IMG/VR virus record: IMGVR_UViG_2563366982_000007 | Length of the DNA: 27,589 bases | Direction: 5' to 3' (one strand) | DNA from: a virus | Lineage: Duplodnaviria; Heunggongvirae; Uroviricota; Caudoviricetes | In this document: positions 7,841 to 17,382 of the stretch, in pieces | Position numbering within the stretch: position 1 is the stretch's first letter | Layout: the number at the start of each line of letters is the position of its first letter | Notes under the pieces: generated by a model | Seen by the model: the letters and a program-made list of their open reading frames with translations, nothing else | Told to the model about the DNA's origin: nothing | Databases searched by the model: none | Made by a program: the position numbers and the translations under genes

Positions 7841-8962
7841 ATGGGCGACTTAGGTGGTATTCAGTCAGATTTAGCCCAACTAGTTAGACTGGTAATAACT
7901 GAACAGTATGATGACGTTCGGTTATATGTCGCTCGCTTGGTGCGTAAATATCGGGAAACTATGCCTGCTCTATCCGAGCAGCTTGATCTTTATCTACGAA
8001 ATAAACCGCAAAAGCCTGCACAAAGCCTGCGTAAGGTTACCGCACCAAAACAAGCGCTGCCTCAAACCATGCCTGTGGACGAGGAGTCAAGGCTTACCTT
8101 GCTTAAAGCACCAAATGAAAAGATTGTGAGCAAACCTCTACTGTCCAGTCAGATAGAAGACTCACTGGATCAAATTATTCTTGAGCGGAAGCACATCGAT
8201 CGCCTCAAGACTCTCGGCTTACAACCAACACGCTCTGCCATTTTTGTTGGCCCTCCGGGTGTAGGTAAAACACTTACGGCAAGCTGGTTAGCTCAGAAAT
8301 TAGGGGTTCCTTTTTACGTTCTTGATTTAACGGCAGTAATGAGCAGCTATCTGGGCAAAAGCGGAAATAACCTTCGGGCAGCTCTAGATTTTGCGAAGAA
8401 AGGGCCGTGCGTTCTTCTGTTAGATGAAATTGATTCAATCGCCAAAAAGAGAAGTGATGATTCTGATGTTGGAGAATTAAAAAGACTTGTTACCGTGATA
8501 CTCCAGGAGGTTGACGAATGGCCGTCTTCTAGTTTGCTACTTGCTGCAACTAACTTCGCTGAGTTGATTGATCCAGCACTATGGAGACGTTTTGATTTAG
8601 TGCTCAATTTTGAGAAGCCAGATAGCGAAAGTATTAAAGAAGCAATTAAACGCTTTTCGGGTCCCGACTACGCGATTTTTGCACGTTGGATAGATCTACT
8701 GGCTATTATGTTCAAAAATGAATCTTTTAGTAATATTGAGCGTTCTATCAACAAATTCCGACGTTCGGTCGCTTTAGGTATTTCCTCAGATGAAGAGTTG
8801 ATTGGGTCGTTCATTAAAGATGGTTTATCAGAATTAGACAGGAATGAACGTAAAGAAATTGCAGTTACTCTAAAAAGAAATTCTAAATTATCCCAGCATG
8901 CCATATCAGACTTAACCGGAGTCAGTAGGGATACAATTAGAAAATACAGTCAAAAAATGTAA
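7841..8962 (+). CDS. Classic AAA+ ATPase with C-terminal helix-turn-helix; candidate defense ATPase
   Basis: Walker A GPPGVGKT (about aa 137-144), Walker B LLLDEID (about aa 192-198), sensor-1-like AATN, arginine-finger-like WRRFD. C-terminal LSQHAISDLTGVSRDTIRKYS resembles an HTH. AT-rich codon usage unlike the flanking phage genes. Confidence 0.85.
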   Translation: MGDLGGIQSDLAQLVRLVITEQYDDVRLYVARLVRKYRETMPALSEQLDLYLRNKPQKPAQSLRKVTAPKQALPQTMPVDEESRLTLLKAPNEKIVSKPLLSSQIEDSLDQIILERKHIDRLKTLGLQPTRSAIFVGPPGVGKTLTASWLAQKLGVPFYVLDLTAVMSSYLGKSGNNLRAALDFAKKGPCVLLLDEIDSIAKKRSDDSDVGELKRLVTVILQEVDEWPSSSLLLAATNFAELIDPALWRRFDLVLNFEKPDSESIKEAIKRFSGPDYAIFARWIDLLAIMFKNESFSNIERSINKFRRSVALGISSDEELIGSFIKDGLSELDRNERKEIAVTLKRNSKLSQHAISDLTGVSRDTIRKYSQKM

Positions 8963-8985
8963 TACAGCATAGATAAGGAGTATGT

Positions 8986-11211
8986 ATGGCGAAAACTAAT
9001 TTTCTGATTGGACGCGGCGAATTATTAACCAGCGATATTCCTGGTCCTAAAAGAGTGCCCGGAAAAGCTGAGGTTTATTCTCTTTACGAATCGAAACAAC
9101 GTTTATTGCCGCAAATTGCATCTACTATAGAAAATTTTGATGATTTACCCAGTCAGGCATGTCCTTATGATTATGCTGTGGCTAAGTTGACGTTGAATCC
9201 AAGCTATATTGCACGCTCTTTTTTTCCTGCAAAAATGCTTAAGTCTACCGGGTTAACGTCTATTGGCAGCAGGACGGTAAAAATTACGCCTCAAAGCTGG
9301 AAGCGAAAAGTTACTGTGTCAGAAGTAACTACGACACAAATGTTTGTTGCTGGTAAAAGAGAATCCTTCAAAGAGTTACCTCATTGGGTGTCAGAACTCA
9401 AAGAGTTTTCTGACGAAGCGATTGATTTTGCACGCATAGAACGGTTCGATGCCTATTTACCCGAAGAGCGTATTATTACCATTGGTGAGCAGGATTCTTC
9501 GTATTTTGAGGTTGGTGTTCATTTACTGCCAGATAATGAACAAGACTTGGTTCAGCAACAATTTGTTCAGTTTGCATCAAATTTGAACATCAAAGTACAT
9601 ACTTCATTAGCTTTTACCGCTGGTACATTATGGTTCGTGCCAATCCAGGCCGATAGAATTACTATTAGTAAGCTTGCGAAATTTACATTTGTACGAGTAA
9701 TAAGACCGGTTCCAAGATTGCGTGGGATTAGACCAATACAAAGGAACTACGGTCCTTTAGCTCAGTGTAAATTACCTGCTGAGGGCCCCGTATCTTCAGA
9801 AATAAAAGTTGCGATTCTTGATGGTGGTTTACCATCAGAGCACGCTATATCGCCATGGTTAAAATCCTATAGAGTTTTGGACGATCATGCAGAGGATGAT
9901 CCAGACGGTTTAGAGCATGGTTTAGCTGTGTCTTCAGCCTTTTTATTTGGACCAATAAGTAATAAATCGGAAGCGAAAAGACCATACTCTTATATTGATA
10001 ACTTAAGAGTTTTGGACAACAAGACCTGCCAAGAAGATCCGCTGGAACTATATCGAACTTTGGGCTTTATTGAAGAGGTATTGTTGTCTCGCCAGTATCA
10101 GTTTATCAATCTAAGTTTAGGTCCAGACCTACCAATTGAAGATACGGAAGTTCATGCATGGACTTCCGTTATTGATGATTTGTTAAGTGATGGTGAAACA
10201 TTAATGACTGTTGCTGTTGGCAACAATGGAGAAATGGATCGCAAGTCTGGTAATGCAAGAATTCAAGTACCAGCCGATTGCGTTAATGCTCTTGCTGTTG
10301 GTGCTTGTGATACAGTTAATGATACGGAATGGAAACGAGCACCATATAGCGCCATTGGGCCAGGCAGAAGTCCTGGCGTGATGAAACCGGATTTAGTTGC
10401 GTTTGGTGGTGACACAGACGAGTACTTTCATGTTTTAGGTAAAGGTAAGAAGCCTGTAATCATACCCCAGCTAGGAACAAGCTTTGCCTCTCCTTACGCC
10501 TTACGAGCAGCTGTTGGTGTTCGGGCAATTTTAGGGAACGATTTGAGCCTACTAGCAATCAAAGCTTTGTTAATTCATGCGTCAAAACAGCTTGATCATC
10601 CTTGTACAGAAGTTGGCTGGGGAAAACTGCCTGAAGACTTGAACGACATTATAGTCAGCCCTGATGGTGTTGCCCGTATCGTCTACCAAGGTGAATTGAA
10701 ACCAGGAAAATACTTACGCGCTTCTCTTCCAATACCTGAAGGTGGCTTGAAAGGTAGAATAAACTTAGCGGCAACTTTCTGTTATGCAACAACCACTGAT
10801 CCACAAGACCCAGCTTCCTATACAAAAGCTGGTTTGGAAGTGACATTCCGGCCAAATGATTCAAAAATCAAAGACGGAAAACAAAATGCTGAAACCAAGG
10901 GATTCTTTGAACTGGCCAAATATTCAACTGAAAGTGAGCGACGTTCTGACATGGGCAAATGGGAGACCGTCTTACATAATTCGAAGAACATGCTAGGTTC
11001 AACTCTAAAAAATCCTGTATTTGACATTCATTATAACGCTCGTGAGGCCGGTGCAAGCATAGCCAGCCATAAGGCAGAAAAAATCAAGTATGCTCTTATA
11101 ATTACCATTAAGGCATCAAAGCACCAAGACCTGTATAACGAAATTTTACGTACTTATAATCAGGTGCTCGTGCCAATTCAACCGCAAACATCAATTCCTA
11201 TTCGTTCGTAA
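8986..11211 (+). CDS. S8 family (subtilisin-like) serine peptidase, cytoplasmic, with N- and C-terminal accessory domains; candidate defense effector or sensor
   Basis: Catalytic triad in canonical S8 order and context: Asp in VAILDGG (about aa 279), His in EHGLAVS (about aa 311), oxyanion Asn in VGNNG (about aa 413), Ser in GTSFASPY (about aa 499). No N-terminal signal peptide. About 270 aa precede and about 230 aa follow the protease core. Starts 23 bp after the ATPase stop with RBS AAGGAG. Confidence 0.85.
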   Translation: MAKTNFLIGRGELLTSDIPGPKRVPGKAEVYSLYESKQRLLPQIASTIENFDDLPSQACPYDYAVAKLTLNPSYIARSFFPAKMLKSTGLTSIGSRTVKITPQSWKRKVTVSEVTTTQMFVAGKRESFKELPHWVSELKEFSDEAIDFARIERFDAYLPEERIITIGEQDSSYFEVGVHLLPDNEQDLVQQQFVQFASNLNIKVHTSLAFTAGTLWFVPIQADRITISKLAKFTFVRVIRPVPRLRGIRPIQRNYGPLAQCKLPAEGPVSSEIKVAILDGGLPSEHAISPWLKSYRVLDDHAEDDPDGLEHGLAVSSAFLFGPISNKSEAKRPYSYIDNLRVLDNKTCQEDPLELYRTLGFIEEVLLSRQYQFINLSLGPDLPIEDTEVHAWTSVIDDLLSDGETLMTVAVGNNGEMDRKSGNARIQVPADCVNALAVGACDTVNDTEWKRAPYSAIGPGRSPGVMKPDLVAFGGDTDEYFHVLGKGKKPVIIPQLGTSFASPYALRAAVGVRAILGNDLSLLAIKALLIHASKQLDHPCTEVGWGKLPEDLNDIIVSPDGVARIVYQGELKPGKYLRASLPIPEGGLKGRINLAATFCYATTTDPQDPASYTKAGLEVTFRPNDSKIKDGKQNAETKGFFELAKYSTESERRSDMGKWETVLHNSKNMLGSTLKNPVFDIHYNAREAGASIASHKAEKIKYALIITIKASKHQDLYNEILRTYNQVLVPIQPQTSIPIRS

Positions 11212-11224
11212 TCCTTCAAGACAT

Positions 11225-11256
11225 AATGCCCCTCAATTTGAGGGGCATTTCTTTGC
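11225..11256 (+). terminator. Rho-independent terminator after the peptidase gene
   Basis: Perfect 10-bp stem AATGCCCCTC / GAGGGGCATT with loop AATTT, followed by a T-rich run; begins 14 nt after the stop codon. Confidence 0.6.
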
Positions 11257-11608
11257 ACAAAAGTGCACAAATTTGCACAATTTTTTTGAACGACTTTTTG
11301 CCCTTCCGGCCCGCATGGCGGCTGGATCCGTCAAGGATCCGTGCGTGCACAAAAAACGCGTTTTTCCTGCGCGCAGGTGACGGGGGAACAGCCCGCGTTT
11401 CAGGGGGTAAACAGCATTCCCTGAACGATGTCGCAGAGACACAACAGAATGGCCATATTTCTCACGCTGAGCATGAAAAAGGCGTGAGGGCTTTTGATTT
11501 GATGGGGTGAAAGGTAAGGCCGTCAAAATCGCACTGAGGCAGCGAGAACATACAGTCAACGCGGTGGAATTGCGTAAGTGAAGTGGTCAACAAAAACTGG
11601 CCACCGAG

Positions 11609-12756
<1,148 letters not shown>

Positions 12757-13031
12757 TATGGCACCTGTGTTGTTCTGAGGTGAGCATATCACCTCTGTTC
12801 AGGTGGCCAAATTCAGTAAACCACTTCAAAGAGTCTGACCGTCGATGGTGGCGATAAACTGGAAGGCGTCGTGAAATTATCTGATTGATACAGGAGCTGG
12901 AGAGCCGGGGCATAAATTTTTTATGCCCCGGCGAAGCAGCAGACAAGCGAAGCGCGTCAGCGATACGGCACCTTGCCGACCATACTTCATAAGTGCAAAA
13001 TACGAGCAAAGAAATCAATGGAGGCTGTCTT

Positions 13032-13556
13032 ATGGTCATTAATTACAAGCAGTTAAGAGAAAAACGGGAGCAGGTAAAGGAGAGCTTTCGCCGCAATGAA
13101 GATCTGACCCCGCTTGTACGCCTTGCCCAGGGCATTGTTGATGCTTATGAAATCTCGCTGGAGCTGCCATCACAGACCTGGACAGATAGCGACGGTAATC
13201 GCCAGCATTACGTTTCATGCGGACTGGAAGCAGCCGAAGGATTTCGCAGAATGCCTTTATCCCAGATCCCTGCCGCTACCCCCAAAGCACGGGGCAGCAA
13301 TGATGAGCGAAAACTGACTTTTAGTATTGAAACGGTGGTTGACGACACACCTGGCGAAGTCGCGTTCGTGCACACGCCTGTTTCGATCGCAATGTATAAC
13401 GATGAAATACAGGTTCGCGTTAATAATAATATCGTGCCACTTAAAGAAGGTAATTCACCCTACACCACCGTTTGTGAAGCCATTCAATATTACGTTCTCT
13501 CTGAAATTGATAATCTCAAGCCTGACGGCACCCAGAAAATGGTTCAACTCTGGTAA
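13032..13556 (+). CDS. Hypothetical protein (about 174 aa), orphan gene between the IS and portal gene Q, convergent with Q
   Basis: ORF with RBS GGAGG before the ATG at 13032 (the track ORF starts at 12993). No recognisable motifs. Ends at a shared bidirectional terminator. Confidence 0.5.
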   Translation: MVINYKQLREKREQVKESFRRNEDLTPLVRLAQGIVDAYEISLELPSQTWTDSDGNRQHYVSCGLEAAEGFRRMPLSQIPAATPKARGSNDERKLTFSIETVVDDTPGEVAFVHTPVSIAMYNDEIQVRVNNNIVPLKEGNSPYTTVCEAIQYYVLSEIDNLKPDGTQKMVQLW

Positions 13557-13588
13557 AAAGGACAGCCCCATCACGGGGCTGTTTTTTC
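13555..13588. terminator. Bidirectional intrinsic terminator between the orphan gene and Q
   Basis: Stem ACAGCCCC / GGGGCTGT with loop ATCAC, flanked by an A-run on one side and a T6 run on the other. Overlaps the Q stop codon. Confidence 0.6.
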
Positions 13589-14617
13589 ATCAAGAAGAGC
13601 ATAAGAGTTAAAACGGATCACCTCTTCGCCAAGCCAGTCATTGATGTGCTTCATAGCCTCCATGACGGGCATCAGCTCGTTAATTGCGTAAACCCGCGCT
13701 GCCTTCTCCACATCGCCAAACGCACTTTTTTCGCCCGGCATCGCCCCCATCAGTTGCGGCGGAACGCGGTGCGCAGCCAGCACATCATCACGGGATGCCG
13801 CCTTAACATTCATGAATTCATCTTTTGCGGTGATCTGCTGGAACGGCAAAATTTGCACCCCCTCTTTGCCCCCGTTGGGCGCATGAATGAGCACGTTTTT
13901 AAACGCACCACCACCACGTGCCCCCTGTAGCGTTTCTTTCAGGGAGTCCATGCTTTCGCGGTTTACCTGCGCTGCACCGATGTAGATAATGCACCCGGCG
14001 TGGGATCCGTTGTCGTAGTACAGTTTTCTGAACATGTCCGCCGAATGAGAAAGGCTGGCCGAGAGTAATGCGCCAAGATATTCCGGCATGCCGTAGATTT
14101 CCTGGTTAATATCCGGATTCATCAGGTGGCACACTTTGCCAGGACGAAACTGAAACGCGTCCTTGCCATCCTGCACATACCACCATGATTCAAGATCGCT
14201 TCCGCGTCGCATGTATTTCGCCAGGGCGTGCCGTAATTTAAGCGGTTCGCCGAGCATATTGCTTCGAAGCTCAAGGAATGCGTTACCGAACACAAACCAG
14301 TCCAGCGCCAGCGCCGAGAAATCCTGCCGGGAAAGCAGCGGGTGCGGGATGTAGCAACCGAGTAATACATTGCGCTTAAAGTAAAGCGCAGACTGATGCC
14401 AGGACGTTTGCCGGGCTGCTCTTGCCAGACCGTACCAGTCCACCGGGGTTTCATACCACCGCCCGTTATCAGCACAGTACATATTGTCCAGCAGGTCATG
14501 CCCGGTCAGGCGATAAGGACCATCAAATGTGAATGCACTGAGCGATGATTCTTTCCTGAGCGCATCAGCGAGATCAATGCGTGAACTCATGCGCACTTTT
14601 TTATTTTTTCTGCTCAT
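13571..14617 (-). CDS. Q: Portal protein (P2 gpQ-like)
   Basis: 348 aa (P2 Q is about 344 aa). Lies immediately downstream of, and overlapping by 1 nt, the large terminase gene on the minus strand, as in P2. Confidence 0.85.
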   Translation of the reverse strand: MSRKNKKVRMSSRIDLADALRKESSLSAFTFDGPYRLTGHDLLDNMYCADNGRWYETPVDWYGLARAARQTSWHQSALYFKRNVLLGCYIPHPLLSRQDFSALALDWFVFGNAFLELRSNMLGEPLKLRHALAKYMRRGSDLESWWYVQDGKDAFQFRPGKVCHLMNPDINQEIYGMPEYLGALLSASLSHSADMFRKLYYDNGSHAGCIIYIGAAQVNRESMDSLKETLQGARGGGAFKNVLIHAPNGGKEGVQILPFQQITAKDEFMNVKAASRDDVLAAHRVPPQLMGAMPGEKSAFGDVEKAARVYAINELMPVMEAMKHINDWLGEEVIRFNSYALLDEKTAP

Positions 14618-16368
14618 CAGAACTCCATAACCGTGAAACGCTCGTTTTCTCCTTCGCCGCCAATTGGTTCGTTAATGACAGCAAGCATGGTTGCCCACGC
14701 AAGGTCGCCGTGGCTGATCCCCCTCGCGCGGTCCGTTTCGTAAGTGATAAAGCCGCCCGGTGTTTTCACCTTACGCACGGCGTTAAAGGCTGCGACCAGC
14801 TCGCGTTCGGCGCGATCGTATTCCCACCGCCCGGCACGCATTATTTGCAGCATTTTCAGTACCAGCGACCGTTTTGATGACAGCGTGAAGGTGTACGGAA
14901 TAGCAGCAGGGAAAAACCGTTTCACTATCTGATAAACAGCCTCCCCGTTCCCGCCTGTCACATCAATGCCGATGTGTTCCACGTTGTAGCGACACGTGAA
15001 CTCTTCAATGACTCTGGCCTGTTCTTCAAACTCCAGCCCCTGAACGCGTCGCGTCTCCACCGTTCGAAAACGGCCGCCAGGAACAGCCGGAGGAACCACC
15101 ACGGACACAGCGCCGCTGTCGCCGTTTCCACTGCTGCCGTTTGCGTCATACCCAATCCATACCGGACGATTCCCCATCGGGCGGGGAGCAAAAGGTTTCC
15201 AGTCTTTCCAGTCGTCGTATCCGTCAACACCGCAGCCAATCAGGATATTCAGGTTAAATGCCGATTCCCCTTCGCGGACAAACTCACACATATAGAGATT
15301 GAGGAACTCGTCTTCGGTGTTTTCATCACGAATTTCGTCGATATCGGTGTGTTTCCAGCCGTGATTAACCACATCTTCCAGCGTGACAATTTGCCGCCAC
15401 GTCCGGTCAGGGCAGATAAGCCCGTTATGCAGCGTTTTCCAGTCCACAGAAAAACGCTGGCGTTTATGCGAGGCCTTTTTCTCGTTCCAGCGGTCGCCGT
15501 TCCAGTAGGCGTATGCCTCGTGCGTTTCGGTGGATGGCGTGGAGAAGTAGGTGCGCCGCAATCCGCTGAGGGTTGCCATAGCGCCAGCCACCTTGCGCAG
15601 TTCAGCAAAGCGACTGACCCAGAAAAATTCATCAAAATAAAAATTGCCCGTATAGGACTGCGCCGACGCAGCAGAAGTGCCGAGAAAATGCAGCTCTGCG
15701 CCGTTGGAGAGGATGATTTTATCGCCCCCTTTCAGCTCCACATCAACTTCAGCCGCAGCCTTCTGAATAATGCTTTTAAACTGGAACGCCTGACGACGCG
15801 ACGCAGACAAAAAAATCTGGTTACGCTGGTAAGGTTGCGCCACATCGTCACGCAGCGCCATCAGCAGTGCTTCCTGTGCAAAATACCAGGTCGCGCCAAT
15901 CTGTCGGGATTTCAGGATCATCCTGTTACGTATCCCGGCTTCCCTGCAAAGGGTCAGGGAGTCAAACCAGCCCCGCTGATGCCACTCCAGCCTGCTGATG
16001 ATTTTTTCCCGCAGTGCGGCAATCTGTTCCGGCGTGAAATGATTTTTGAGTTTTTTCGCCCGGCCTTTCTTTCCTGTGGCCGTCGCATCCGGCTGGCCAT
16101 CATGCATTTTTTTAAGCTGCCGGGTCAGCAGGTCTATTTCCTTAAAGTCACCGCCTGTTTTATTCTGTTTTTCAGTAAGCTGGATGAGGCGCGCATCGAT
16201 GGACTGCGTGACACGCTGCACGGGTGGCGTTTCATCCCACTGGTCGCGTTTTTTCCACGCATAAATCGTGTTCGGGTTTATTCCCATCAGACGTGATATT
16301 TCTGCGGGCGGATAACCCTGCCAGTAAAGTTGCCGCGCACGCTGGCGCACAAAAGCGTCCTGAATCAT
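14617..16368 (-). CDS. P: Terminase large (ATPase) subunit (P2 gpP-like)
   Basis: 583 aa, with an ATPase region and a nuclease region. Position and orientation, divergent from O-N-M-L, are exactly as in P2. Confidence 0.88.
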   Translation of the reverse strand: MIQDAFVRQRARQLYWQGYPPAEISRLMGINPNTIYAWKKRDQWDETPPVQRVTQSIDARLIQLTEKQNKTGGDFKEIDLLTRQLKKMHDGQPDATATGKKGRAKKLKNHFTPEQIAALREKIISRLEWHQRGWFDSLTLCREAGIRNRMILKSRQIGATWYFAQEALLMALRDDVAQPYQRNQIFLSASRRQAFQFKSIIQKAAAEVDVELKGGDKIILSNGAELHFLGTSAASAQSYTGNFYFDEFFWVSRFAELRKVAGAMATLSGLRRTYFSTPSTETHEAYAYWNGDRWNEKKASHKRQRFSVDWKTLHNGLICPDRTWRQIVTLEDVVNHGWKHTDIDEIRDENTEDEFLNLYMCEFVREGESAFNLNILIGCGVDGYDDWKDWKPFAPRPMGNRPVWIGYDANGSSGNGDSGAVSVVVPPAVPGGRFRTVETRRVQGLEFEEQARVIEEFTCRYNVEHIGIDVTGGNGEAVYQIVKRFFPAAIPYTFTLSSKRSLVLKMLQIMRAGRWEYDRAERELVAAFNAVRKVKTPGGFITYETDRARGISHGDLAWATMLAVINEPIGGEGENERFTVMEF

Positions 16369-16522
16369 TGCTCCCCCTGAGTAATTACAGGAAGATTACC
16401 CGCGCGCGAAACCGTTCTCCTTAACCCCCTGTTCTGGCCGTTTTCTTACAACAAAAGCCATTTGTATCAGCCTGTTACGCTTTGCCATCATGACTGAAGA
16501 ACCAGTCAGAGGGGCAAAAACT

Positions 16523-17359
16523 ATGGCTAATGAAAAAAAGACATCCCGCAAAAAGTTTCGCGTGGCTGTCTCCGGATCAACTGTTGATGGCCGCGAAATC
16601 AGCCCGGTACATCTGCGTGAAGCCGCCGAGAACTTCAACCCGGATGTTTACGCTGCCCGCGTGAACGTTGAGCACTATCTCTCGCCATGCCCGTCAAGCG
16701 AATTTTCCGCAATGGGCGATGTCACCGCGCTGAGTACGGAAGATATTACGGAAGGCCCGCTGGCCGGACGTACTGCGCTGTATGCAGAAATCGAACCGAC
16801 CGAGCGCATGAAGCAGCTTGTCGCTGACGGCAAGAAAATCTATTCCAGTATCGAACTGCACCCGCAGTTCTCCGTTAACGGGCGCGCCTATCTGGTCGGG
16901 CTGGCGATGACCGACACCCCGGCAAGCCTGGGCACTGAGCGCCTGAAATTCACGGCACAGCAACGTCAGGCGGTGATGACGTTCAACAGTATCCAGGGTG
17001 AAGCGCCGCTTATCTCCGAAGCCATTGAGTCTGAAATCATCGAAATGGCAGAACAACACCAGGAAGAAGGCACCCAGTGGTTTAACCGCGTAATGGGGAT
17101 TATTGGCCGTGGCCGCAAAGCGGATGACGCCAGTTTTTCCCGTATTCAGGAAGCGGTGGAAGGCGTCGCAACGTCACAGGCCGACATTATCGACCGTTTT
17201 AATGTGCTGGAAGCCCGCCATAAGCAGGACCGTCAGAAAATCACGTCACTGACCACAGAGCTGACAGCACTGAAGGAAAAACTGCGCACGCAGGACGGCG
17301 ATCCGCAGAACCGCTTCACCGCAACGGGCGCAGCCTCCGACCAGCTGGCTGACTTCTGA
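16523..17359 (+). CDS. O: Capsid scaffolding protein (P2 gpO-like)
   Basis: Motifs FRVAVSGSTVDGREIS and YLVGLAMTDTPASLGTERLKF match P2 gpO as recalled. Start set at the MANEKK Met. Confidence 0.8.
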   Translation: MANEKKTSRKKFRVAVSGSTVDGREISPVHLREAAENFNPDVYAARVNVEHYLSPCPSSEFSAMGDVTALSTEDITEGPLAGRTALYAEIEPTERMKQLVADGKKIYSSIELHPQFSVNGRAYLVGLAMTDTPASLGTERLKFTAQQRQAVMTFNSIQGEAPLISEAIESEIIEMAEQHQEEGTQWFNRVMGIIGRGRKADDASFSRIQEAVEGVATSQADIIDRFNVLEARHKQDRQKITSLTTELTALKEKLRTQDGDPQNRFTATGAASDQLADF

Positions 17360-17382
17360 TAAGACAAAGGAGCAAATTTTTT

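Noticed and set aside
7661-11578. Looked for P2 tin and old (ATPase plus TOPRIM nuclease) homologues in the A-Q interval
   Set aside because: The two genes present have a classic AAA Walker pattern and an S8 triad rather than the Old-type ABC ATPase/TOPRIM architecture, so they are not tin/old; they were called as a distinct module instead.
14974-16296. 440-aa plus-strand ORF antisense to the large terminase gene
   Set aside because: It overlaps the terminase gene entirely; the terminase call is strongly supported by size and position, and the antisense translation is low-complexity.
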